Shown here piece by piece: positions 16,301-24,000 of a DNA stretch of 24,000 bases (positions within the stretch are counted from its first letter, which is position 1; the number at the start of each line of letters is the position of its first letter). The notes under the pieces were generated by a model that worked only from the letters and a program-made list of their open reading frames with translations, was not told the origin of the DNA and did no database searches. Origin of the DNA: Clostridium sp. CAG:138 (GTDB lineage: Bacteria > Bacillota > Clostridia > Christensenellales > CAG-138); contig FR879709.1 of NCBI GenBank assembly GCA_000435055.1, positions 129,961-153,960 of the forward strand. The letters are read 5' to 3'. A program made the position numbers and the translations under genes.

Positions 16301-17968
16301 TTATCGCCGCATTCCGCGCCCGCTGCGCTGCGAATTCACGGAAAAAGAACTTGCGATGCAGCGGAACATTCGTTCCGAAGCAAGGCGCAGACGCGTCTCA
16401 GCATCACAGTCTCCGTCCGCATTCGACTGTTCATCCGTAACAATTGTTGAAAAAACTCCCGCATTCGCAAGCTCGTAAATATGTTCATAACCCCTTCCGA
16501 GCCTTCCCGCAACAATAAACACGGGCACGGCGCCGCCGGAATTTGCGGCGCAGCGTTTCACAACCTCGCCGACGGCCTTCCCGTTGTCCGCACTTGATGC
16601 ATCAAGCTGCCCTTCTCCGGTTATGACAAGATCGGTGTCCCCAAGCAATGCATCAAAGCCGACCGCATTGAGCACCGCCGCCGAGCCGTGAGTCAATTCC
16701 GCGCCCAAAAGAGCCGACAGCATTGCACCCATGCCTCCCGCCGCGCCCGCACCGCATTCGGCGGACACTTTTCTCCCTGCCTCAGCGTCATACAAGGCCG
16801 CAATGTTTTTCATCCCGTCTTCAAGAGTGTTTAATGCTTCGGCGTCCGCGCCTTTTTGCGGTCCGTAGGTGTACGTCGCACCGTTTTTGCCTGTAAGAGG
16901 ATTATCAACATCACACATAACGGTTATCTTTGCCTCGAAAACATCTCTGCGCAAGCCTGACAAATCAATTTTACGCACCAAGGCAAGCTCTCGGCCGCAG
17001 CCCGAAAGCTCATTGCCGTCCGCATCCAGAAACTTAACGCCGAGAGCCGCTGCCGCACCCATTCCGCCGTCGTTGGTTGCGGAACCGCCTATACCGATCA
17101 AAATATTCCTTATCCCCTCGTTCAATGCTGAAGCGATAAGTTCGCCCGTCCCCCTGCTCGTTGCAGCAAGCGGATCCAATGCATTTTCATCCATCAATGC
17201 AAGCCCCGATGCCTTTGCCATTTCAATAACCGCTGTGGCGCCCGCCGTTTTTTCACCGAATGAGGTCAGAACACCGTATTCGGCAGCAATTTTCCTGCCG
17301 TCCGGCGCAGTAACATTCACCGAACGCATATTCCCGTTAAAGGCACGAGTAAGCGTTTCGGCCGTGCCGTCCCCCCCGTCCGCAATCGGAAGCGTTCTCA
17401 CACTGCATCCGGGAAGGTATTGCCGCGCTGCATTTTTGATAATCGTGCAAACTCTCTGTGCATCCATGCTGCCCTTGAACTTGTCCGGAGAAATAAGCAT
17501 CCGAATACCTGCGCCGACAGGGTCAATACGCCTTCCGCCGTATTCTTCAAAAGGGTTCACGGCAGGTTTTTCCGTTTTTTTGCAGCCGCACTCCGCCAAG
17601 TCTTTTTCATTAAAGACAAGGGTTCCGTTTTCGTCAAATCTGCCGTAAAAAGCCAGCTTCTCCGCCCGTCTGAGCGCATTCGTCTGAACGACGGGCCTGT
17701 ATTCCGCAAGCGCACCCGAAACGAGCGGATTGTCGTTCAGCTTTTCAAACAGACTGCGTGTTTGTTTTATGCCGCCGCCTGCAAATGCAACCGTGAATAT
17801 GTTTTTATCGTCGCTTTCATCAACCGGAAAATGACCCGCAAACAATTGAAGTCCACGAACGTCCGCCCTTTCAATTGCCGAAAAAATAAGGTTGAACGCA
17901 TGTTCGCGTTCATCTCCGTTTTCAACAGAATCGAATCTGAATCCGATACCGAAGCGTGAAATATTCAT
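16301..17968 (-). CDS. glycerate kinase (GckA/GarK-type family) with ~156-aa N-terminal extension
   Basis: From residue 157: 'MLISPDKFKGSMDAQRVCTIIKNA', 'LPIADGGDGTAETL', 'GIGGSATNDGGMGAAAALG', 'VDNPLTGKNGATYTYGPQKGA', 'GEGQLDASS', typical of the glycerate kinase family. Confidence 0.92.
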   Translation of the reverse strand: MNISRFGIGFRFDSVENGDEREHAFNLIFSAIERADVRGLQLFAGHFPVDESDDKNIFTVAFAGGGIKQTRSLFEKLNDNPLVSGALAEYRPVVQTNALRRAEKLAFYGRFDENGTLVFNEKDLAECGCKKTEKPAVNPFEEYGGRRIDPVGAGIRMLISPDKFKGSMDAQRVCTIIKNAARQYLPGCSVRTLPIADGGDGTAETLTRAFNGNMRSVNVTAPDGRKIAAEYGVLTSFGEKTAGATAVIEMAKASGLALMDENALDPLAATSRGTGELIASALNEGIRNILIGIGGSATNDGGMGAAAALGVKFLDADGNELSGCGRELALVRKIDLSGLRRDVFEAKITVMCDVDNPLTGKNGATYTYGPQKGADAEALNTLEDGMKNIAALYDAEAGRKVSAECGAGAAGGMGAMLSALLGAELTHGSAAVLNAVGFDALLGDTDLVITGEGQLDASSADNGKAVGEVVKRCAANSGGAVPVFIVAGRLGRGYEHIYELANAGVFSTIVTDEQSNADGDCDAETRLRLASERMFRCIASSFSVNSQRSGRGMRR

Positions 17969-17980
17969 AGTTCTGTGACC

Positions 17981-20536
17981 TCAACTTTCTTTTGTATTGT
18001 GCGGAACAATGCAAAGCCCCGTCCCGCCGTTTTCAACCTCTACCGTGCAGTCGTTGCAGCAGTATGCATCTTCAAGCAGCTTTTCGCTGATAAAATCCTC
18101 GCATTCGTTCGAAACGCAGCGTGCAACAGCCCATGCACCGTTTTTTTCAAGTTCGACTTCATCGATTTTGCTTGCAATGTAATTTGCGGCGGAAGCGCCG
18201 AAACGAACCGTTCTGCCCGTTTTTTGGAGTTTATCGGACAGATCATCCAGCATCAGTTTTGCAATCTCGGGAACAGCGGCTTGAGCCGCAGGCAAAAGCG
18301 CAGCAACGCAATCCGCATCGGAAGCGATTTCCGGCGGAAGTATCTGCCTTGCGTCCCGTTCGTCGCGGCTGCCGTTCAGCGCATTTGCCTCATCCGAAAA
18401 GCCCGCCCTGCGCTGTTTAAAGCTGTCGCCTTCACCGCAGGTGACGAATACAATCGCATTGCGGAAGCTTACATTTTTACCCTTTGCATCAGTCAAAACA
18501 CCGCACCGCATGATGCTTTGAACGAGCGAACGCACGGCAGCGTTTGCGTATTGAATGTCGTCAAACAGCACCACTGCAAAAGGCTTCCGCCGCACGGCTT
18601 CGGTCAGTCTTCCGCCGGAGACAGAACCCGCAGGCGATCCCGTCAATGTGCTGATCGCCGAATAGTCGGAATACTCGCGCATGTCAAACCGCAAAAGTGC
18701 ATTTTCGCCCGGATACAATGTCTCTGCAAGCACTGCTGCAAGCTTGGTTTTTCCCGAACCTGCCGCTCCGGTTACTGCAATTGCGGCACGCGGACGGTCG
18801 GGATCGTTCCGCCATGTGAAAGCGGAACGAAGGGCTTTGCACACGGAAGCAACTGCGGTCTCCTGCCCGACTATGTGCGCATTGATCAACGAATCCAGTT
18901 TTGAGAGCCGTGAACGGACGGTGCCGTCAAGACTGCTTACGGGAATCCCCGTCAATTCGTGAACAGTCTGTGCAACATCGCCGGCAGTGACGATCGGACG
19001 ACAGCTCTTTTTTAAAGAAGCCGCAGTGAATGCCGAATTCTCCGCTCCCGCATGAAGTGCATCCGCTGTTCTCGGCCCGCCGAGCTGCTTTTCCTGTTTT
19101 CTTAATTCAGCCGCAAGTGTAAAATCCCGCTCATTCAATGCATCCTCAATACGCATTCGGAGGCTTGCCCTTTCCTGCCGCAGTTCCGCTGTATTCTGCG
19201 GAGCAAGCCGCCGGCGGGAAGCTGTTTCATCCATTATATCTATCGCCTTATCCGGAAGAAATCGCTCCGGAATGCAGCGAACAGACATATCAACACAGGC
19301 TTCCGCTGCCTCGTCCGTAATCGAAACGCCGTGATGCGCCTCGTATTTCGGACGCAAACCGCGAAGGATTGCGATCGCTTCCTCCCGCGTGGGTTCTTTT
19401 ACGACTATCGGTGAAAAACGCCGTTCCAGCGCGGCATCTTTTTCGATATAGAGCCTGTATTCATCAAACGTTGTTGCGCCGATCAGCTTCAACCCGCCGC
19501 GAGCAAGCGCGGGTTTCAGGATATTGGCAGCATCGAGACTGCCCTCGCCCGCACCTGCGCCGATTATCGTATGTATTTCGTCAATAAAAAGAATTGTTTC
19601 GGGAGTTGTTTCGTCAAGAAGTGCTTTCAGTCTTTCCTCAAATTCGCCCCTGTATTTTGTTCCCGCAACGAGTGCGCCCAAGTCAAGCCGCAGCACCCGC
19701 GACGAACGCAGCTCGACAGGAACATCACCCGAAACTATCCTTTGAGCAAATCCCTCAACGACAGCCGATTTTCCGACGCCGGGACTTCCCGTAAGCACAG
19801 GGTTATTCTTGCTCCGCCTAAGCAGCGTCTGAATCAACCTGTTCAGCTGCGCTTCACAGCCTGTCAACGGATCAAGCTCCCCCCGCGCCGCCCTTGCCGT
19901 AAGGTCATCGGTATAGCTTTCCAACATCGGCGAACTCTGTCCGCCCCGAGGCTTATTTTTCCCGCGGGATACGTTTTCATCATGCGGCTGTCTTTCGGCC
20001 GAATCACTTTTTAAAGAATCATTCGCATTGCCTTTTGTTTTTTCGGCTGCGCTTTCATCATGGAGCAGCTCCGACTTTCGGCTTTCGCGCCCGTTCGAAC
20101 CGAGTTCCCGCGATTCATCGTTCAAAAGCTTTTTCAGCATCTGCCTGTCCAGCCCGATGGAATCGAGAATGCGTGATGCAAAACAGTCCGTCTCGCGCAA
20201 AACAGCAAGAAGGATATGTTTCGTGCAGATTGTGCGGCTTGCATATGCTTTTGCTTCATACAGCGCAAGCTCCAATACGCGTTTTGCAGGCGGTGCGAAC
20301 CCCCTGCTGTCCGTGAAAATATGTCTTCCGCCGCCGACAAGGGTGTCCGCATACGGAAACACCATGCTTTCATCCGCACCGCATTTGCGAAGGCACTCCC
20401 CCGCCGTGCCCGGCGCACGGAGCAGACCTATCAAAATGTGCTCCGTGCCGATGAAGCCGTGATGCAGCTCCTCCGCCGCAGCCTGTGCCGCATCAAGAGC
20501 TGCGGATGCATTTTCGCTGTAACCTTCCCAATTCAT
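17981..20536 (-). CDS. ClpC-like AAA+ ATPase (Clp N domain, D1, M-domain-like segment, divergent D2)
   Basis: N domain 'FIGTEHILIGLL'; D1 'GSPGVGKSAVVEGFAQRI', 'TILFIDEIHTIIGAG', 'EKDAALERRFSPI'; UVR-like 'LNERDFTLAAELRKQEKQL'; D2 'GAAGSGKTKLAAVLAETL'. Start at ATG 20536 with GGTG upstream. Confidence 0.9.
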   Translation of the reverse strand: MNWEGYSENASAALDAAQAAAEELHHGFIGTEHILIGLLRAPGTAGECLRKCGADESMVFPYADTLVGGGRHIFTDSRGFAPPAKRVLELALYEAKAYASRTICTKHILLAVLRETDCFASRILDSIGLDRQMLKKLLNDESRELGSNGRESRKSELLHDESAAEKTKGNANDSLKSDSAERQPHDENVSRGKNKPRGGQSSPMLESYTDDLTARAARGELDPLTGCEAQLNRLIQTLLRRSKNNPVLTGSPGVGKSAVVEGFAQRIVSGDVPVELRSSRVLRLDLGALVAGTKYRGEFEERLKALLDETTPETILFIDEIHTIIGAGAGEGSLDAANILKPALARGGLKLIGATTFDEYRLYIEKDAALERRFSPIVVKEPTREEAIAILRGLRPKYEAHHGVSITDEAAEACVDMSVRCIPERFLPDKAIDIMDETASRRRLAPQNTAELRQERASLRMRIEDALNERDFTLAAELRKQEKQLGGPRTADALHAGAENSAFTAASLKKSCRPIVTAGDVAQTVHELTGIPVSSLDGTVRSRLSKLDSLINAHIVGQETAVASVCKALRSAFTWRNDPDRPRAAIAVTGAAGSGKTKLAAVLAETLYPGENALLRFDMREYSDYSAISTLTGSPAGSVSGGRLTEAVRRKPFAVVLFDDIQYANAAVRSLVQSIMRCGVLTDAKGKNVSFRNAIVFVTCGEGDSFKQRRAGFSDEANALNGSRDERDARQILPPEIASDADCVAALLPAAQAAVPEIAKLMLDDLSDKLQKTGRTVRFGASAANYIASKIDEVELEKNGAWAVARCVSNECEDFISEKLLEDAYCCNDCTVEVENGGTGLCIVPHNTKES

Positions 20537-20545
20537 TTTTTCACC

Positions 20546-20575
20546 GTTAATTCGTATGGCTGTTAATTCGTATGG
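20546..20575 (-). repeat. 14-bp tandem direct repeat just upstream of the clpC-like start
   Basis: GTTAATTCGTATGG at 20546-20559 and again at 20562-20575 (plus-strand reading). Confidence 0.7.
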
Positions 20576-20661
20576 ATTCAAATCCGATTAATCTCTCAAT
20601 CAAATCGAGCGATTGAGCGGACACTTCGAATACCGCCCCGCAAAACATGCTTTTCTGTTTT

Positions 20662-21870
20662 TTAAACAACGACCGTCTTGCCGTTTTCTCGTATTTTGTC
20701 ATGCTTCCGTTTTCGTTTCATCGGACGACGCATATAGACGTTCAGAACAATGCCCACACCTATCATGTTTGTGAGCATATTCGACCCGCCGTAGCTTATA
20801 AACGGCAGCGGAATTCCCGTAACGGGCATTATTCCCATCGTCATGCCGATATTTTCGAAAATATGTGCCGCAAGCATTGCGCTGACACCCGTAACAAGGC
20901 AGGTGCCGAAATTATCCCGCGCTTTTATTGCAATATACATCCAGCGGAAAAGCAGTGCAAAGAAAACAATAATCAGTATCGTACTGCCGATGAATCCGAC
21001 CGCCTCCGTTATGCCGCTGAATATGAAATCCGTGTGCCTTGCCGGAACATAGCGAAGCTGTGCCAGCGTCTGCTCACCGAAAAAGCCCTTGCCCGTGAGC
21101 CGTCCGGAACCTATTGCCATCTGCGACTGTCCGACATGGTACTTTGCATCGTCGCTTGCGGCGGACGGATTCAGAAAAACATCGATTCTGTCGCGCTGCT
21201 TCGGGGTCAAAACAAAAAAGTACATCAGCGGAAGCCCCACCCCGGCTCCGACAGCGGCAAAGATTATATAAATCCACTTTATCTGCGCAACGAAGAATGT
21301 CACAACCATGATAACAAGCAATACAATCGCCGTTCCGTAATCAGGTTGGAGAACTATCAGCATGAACGGAACGAATGTTATGCCGAGAGCAATCATAACG
21401 TCCTTGAATTTCAGCAATCGCCCGTCCCTGTCCATTGCGGCAGAGACGTATTTTGAAAGCATCACGATCAATGCGATCTTGCTCAGCTCGCCCGGCTGTA
21501 TTGCCCTTTCAAGCGTGTCGAAAACAAACCAGCCCTGCGCACCGCCGCGCACCTTGCCGAAAATGAAAAGCAGCATCAGCAAGCCTATTATGCCGATGTA
21601 TGCCCACATTGCAAAAGTTTTGAATATGCTGTAATCAAAAACAAGAAATATTATCATTGCAGCAAGTCCTACAAGGAAGTTTGTTATATGCTTCTGCAGG
21701 TATTCCATGTTGAGCTTGTCCATATAATCCGCAATGCCGTGTTCCGTGCCGTCAAAAGGCTTTGCCTGAACAGAGGCAAGTGCGATCGTGCCGAACACAA
21801 CGAGCGCAAGCACGATTCCGACCGTTACCCAGTCTATTCTTTTCAGGTATTTCTTATCAAAAAGGCTCAT
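20662..21870 (-). CDS. rodA: SEDS-family rod shape-determining protein RodA
   Basis: 402 aa polytopic protein; 'IIVLQPDYGTAIVLLVIMVV', 'GRLTGKGFFGEQTLAQLRYVPARHTDFIFSGITEAVGFIGS', 'GIPLPFISYGGSNMLTNMIGVGIVLNV'. Confidence 0.92.
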   Translation of the reverse strand: MSLFDKKYLKRIDWVTVGIVLALVVFGTIALASVQAKPFDGTEHGIADYMDKLNMEYLQKHITNFLVGLAAMIIFLVFDYSIFKTFAMWAYIGIIGLLMLLFIFGKVRGGAQGWFVFDTLERAIQPGELSKIALIVMLSKYVSAAMDRDGRLLKFKDVMIALGITFVPFMLIVLQPDYGTAIVLLVIMVVTFFVAQIKWIYIIFAAVGAGVGLPLMYFFVLTPKQRDRIDVFLNPSAASDDAKYHVGQSQMAIGSGRLTGKGFFGEQTLAQLRYVPARHTDFIFSGITEAVGFIGSTILIIVFFALLFRWMYIAIKARDNFGTCLVTGVSAMLAAHIFENIGMTMGIMPVTGIPLPFISYGGSNMLTNMIGVGIVLNVYMRRPMKRKRKHDKIRENGKTVVV

Positions 21871-21989
21871 TCAAAAGCCGCGCCGCGCCCGCAAGTGGCT
21901 TCGGCAATCCTTTCGTGTTTATGTGTTTACAAGATCTGCGGTGCGATACGAAAAGCCGTTTCCCCGCACCGCACTTTTTGTCCGCCGCA

Positions 21990-23417
21990 TCAAACGATGA
22001 GTTTTTTCTTTGCCTTTTCGGCATTTTTCAATTCGTCGAGTTTGGCTTCGTATCCGGGTTTTCCGAGCAGGGCATAAGTTGCATTCTTTCCCTCCTCGAC
22101 TCCGGGCTGATCGAATGCATCGATGCCCAGCAGCTCCCCTGCGAATGCCGTCTGCATTTCAAACAGCATTATAAGCTGCCCGAGAGTGAATTCGTTGACT
22201 TCGGGCATGATGATGTTTTTGTTCATATGTCCGCTGACGGTTACGGCGTGTTCGGTTGCACGGAATTCGGCGGAAATCAGCTCACCCAAGCTGTGTCCCG
22301 ATAAAAACGCAATCCCCGGAATGTCGTCAAAAACATGCGGAACAGCAACATCACTGCGGTATTTTTCAACAGAGATGAAAGTTATTGTTTTGTCAAAAGG
22401 TCCGTCGGTGTAAAGCTGAACCTGCGAATGCTGATCCGTAACGCCGAGAGATTTTACCGGAGTCTGTCCGAATCGCAAAACCTTTCCGTCCTTCACGAGC
22501 TTTTTGCCCAGCGATTCCGCCCAAAGCTGCGCATACCAATCCGCCATGAATTTCAGCGAATCCGCATAGGGCATCAGCACGCCGATGTTTGCGCCGTGCT
22601 TTTCCGCCGCAATGATTTCAAGCAGGGCAAGCATCAATCCGGGGTTCCTTTTCACATCGGCGTTTGAGCAAAGCTCATCCATGTATCCCGCGCCCGCAAG
22701 CAGCGCGCGAACATCCGCTCCGCCGACGGCAGCCGCAACAAGCCCGACAGGACAGAGTTCGGAAAATCTTCCCCCTACGCCGTCCGGAATAATAAAAGTG
22801 CGCAGGTTGTATTTTTTTGCAATGCCTATCAGGTTGCCCTTTTGTTTGTCGGTTGTTGCAATCAAGTGATCGCGCAGCCCTTCTTCGCCGTAACGGTCAA
22901 TAAGCATTCGCGTTATAATAAGCAGCTGCGCCATGGTTTCGCTTGTGCTGCCCGATTTTGTGATAACGTTGAACACGGTTCGGTCAGTATCAATCACATC
23001 GAGCAATGCAGCCATGCGCTCGGGATCAACATTGTCTTCCACAAAAAGGCGCGGAGATTTTCGTTTTTCGGAAGGAAGATCGTTATGATAGAGATGATTC
23101 AGCGCACGATGCACCGCAATCGGACCCAGTGCGCTTCCGCCGATGCCCAGAATCACGAAATTATCCGCTTTTGACCTGACGAATTCCGCTGCCTCTTCAA
23201 CGGCGGGAAGGATTTCAAGCTGAGTTTCTGGCAGAAGCCGCCAGCGCATTTCACCGCGCTTTTTTTCAACACCCGCAAATGCACCCTCTGCACGCGGCAT
23301 CATTTCCGATATTTCCTCCGCCGTGATGCCGTGTTTGCCGACAGCCTCGGCGAGCATATTGCCGCAATCGATGCGAACACGCATTTTTTCACAGTATTCT
23401 TTTGAAAACACGCTCAT
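21990..23417 (-). CDS. pgi: glucose-6-phosphate isomerase
   Basis: 'FVILGIGGSALGPIAVHRAL', 'VFNVITKSGSTSETMAQLLI', 'LMPYADSL', 'GKKLVKDGKVLRFGQTPVKSLGVTDQHSQVQLYTDGP'. Confidence 0.95.
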   Translation of the reverse strand: MSVFSKEYCEKMRVRIDCGNMLAEAVGKHGITAEEISEMMPRAEGAFAGVEKKRGEMRWRLLPETQLEILPAVEEAAEFVRSKADNFVILGIGGSALGPIAVHRALNHLYHNDLPSEKRKSPRLFVEDNVDPERMAALLDVIDTDRTVFNVITKSGSTSETMAQLLIITRMLIDRYGEEGLRDHLIATTDKQKGNLIGIAKKYNLRTFIIPDGVGGRFSELCPVGLVAAAVGGADVRALLAGAGYMDELCSNADVKRNPGLMLALLEIIAAEKHGANIGVLMPYADSLKFMADWYAQLWAESLGKKLVKDGKVLRFGQTPVKSLGVTDQHSQVQLYTDGPFDKTITFISVEKYRSDVAVPHVFDDIPGIAFLSGHSLGELISAEFRATEHAVTVSGHMNKNIIMPEVNEFTLGQLIMLFEMQTAFAGELLGIDAFDQPGVEEGKNATYALLGKPGYEAKLDELKNAEKAKKKLIV

Positions 23418-23522
23418 TTATTTTTCCGTTCCTTTCTGTCCCGCAGAGGGATTTGTTCGGCCGAATTCCGCCGCCGCAAAGTCGTGTTCAATTCACTGAC
23501 AGCGGTATATTCAGCCAATCAT

Positions 23523-23531
23523 ATTATACCA
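23523..23531 (-). promoter_or_regulatory. extended -10 promoter element for pgi
   Basis: Minus strand TGG-TATAAT about 105 nt upstream of the pgi start; no convincing -35. Confidence 0.45.
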
Positions 23532-23637
23532 CATGTTCACGCCGTTTGCTCATGTTTTTTTCGGAACGAAATTGCGGAAATCCGTGCATATCCGAATGCC
23601 GTCTGCCGTCCGCTCCGTTTGAAACATATTATATCCG

Positions 23638-24000
23638 TTAAATCAAATCAAAATATTCTTTGATAACGTTCACAAGCACATCGGCTTCCGCAGGGGAATA
23701 GCGCGGCGAAACGGCAAGCGAAGCAAAATCATATTCGGCCGATGCCGAAAACTCGGTGTAGTCATCAAAAACTTTGAAGTCCACTCTCGGTTCAATGCCG
23801 TTTTTTGCTTCAAAAAGTTTCGAAACAAAGCTTGAAAGCCGAATGAATTCATATTCTCCGCAGCCGCGCTGATTTTCCTGTTCACATCGGAATGCAAATT
23901 GCGGAATGTCCGGACGAGACTTCGGGTTTCGAACATTTTCAAGGCGTGAAATCCACCGAAATGCAAGCGCAAACAAAAGATAATTTGCTTCATCGAGCTG
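23638..24000 (-). CDS. C-terminal part of an uncharacterised protein, truncated by the window edge
   Basis: The frame stays open through position 24000 (…QLDEANYLLFALAFRWISRLENV…), so the TTG at 23976 in the ORF track is probably not the true start. Confidence 0.55.
   Translation of the reverse strand, partial: QLDEANYLLFALAFRWISRLENVRNPKSRPDIPQFAFRCEQENQRGCGEYEFIRLSSFVSKLFEAKNGIEPRVDFKVFDDYTEFSASAEYDFASLAVSPRYSPAEADVLVNVIKEYFDLI

Noticed and set aside
16070-16450. Plus-strand 126-aa ORF covering the dyad-rich intergenic region
   Set aside because: Runs into the glycerate kinase gene antisense, has no SD, and its content changes abruptly at the gene boundary.
16869-17648. Plus-strand 259-aa ORF
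   Set aside because: Antisense to conserved glycerate kinase motifs.
17975-18904. Plus-strand 309-aa ORF (also 19571..20014 +)
   Set aside because: Antisense to the ClpC-like gene; no family resemblance.
20647-21456. Plus-strand 269-aa ORF
   Set aside because: Antisense to rodA.
1-24000. Mobile element, prophage or integrated island bounded by the tRNA cluster
   Set aside because: No integrase, transposase, phage gene or duplicated tRNA 3' end (att-like repeat) seen near 12792-13222 within this window.

Overview
This window looks like a chromosomal segment from a Bacillota/Clostridia-type genome. Almost all genes are on the minus strand. The taxon is inferred from gene order and protein style only. 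Left to right: a cell-envelope glycosylation cluster (GtrA-like protein, PMT-family O-mannosyltransferase, polyprenyl-sugar-dependent glycosyltransferase). Next is the canonical SRP/ribosome maturation cluster, read on the minus strand as ylxM-ffh-rpsP-khpA-rimM-trmD-rplS-rbgA-rnhB-yraN, with a near-consensus sigma-A promoter. Then come two tandem Nudix hydrolases and a complete five-tRNA transcription unit (Val-Asp-Phe-Gly-Cys) with a perfect-consensus promoter and an intrinsic terminator. A plus-strand island follows, encoding a lipoprotein-anchored barnase-like RNase and a barstar-like inhibitor. The next minus-strand genes are an XRE-type regulator fused to an Asp/Glu-rich linker and ten 15-residue Cys-containing repeats, a glycerate kinase with an unexplained N-terminal extension, a ClpC-like ATPase whose second AAA module looks catalytically degenerate, rodA, pgi, and the 3' part of an unknown gene. 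The observations I would follow first are the lipoprotein barnase/barstar unit, the XRE/repeat protein with a set of dyads in its upstream region, and the degenerate-D2 ClpC paralogue linked to rodA. I saw no CRISPR array, transposase, integrase or phage structural gene.
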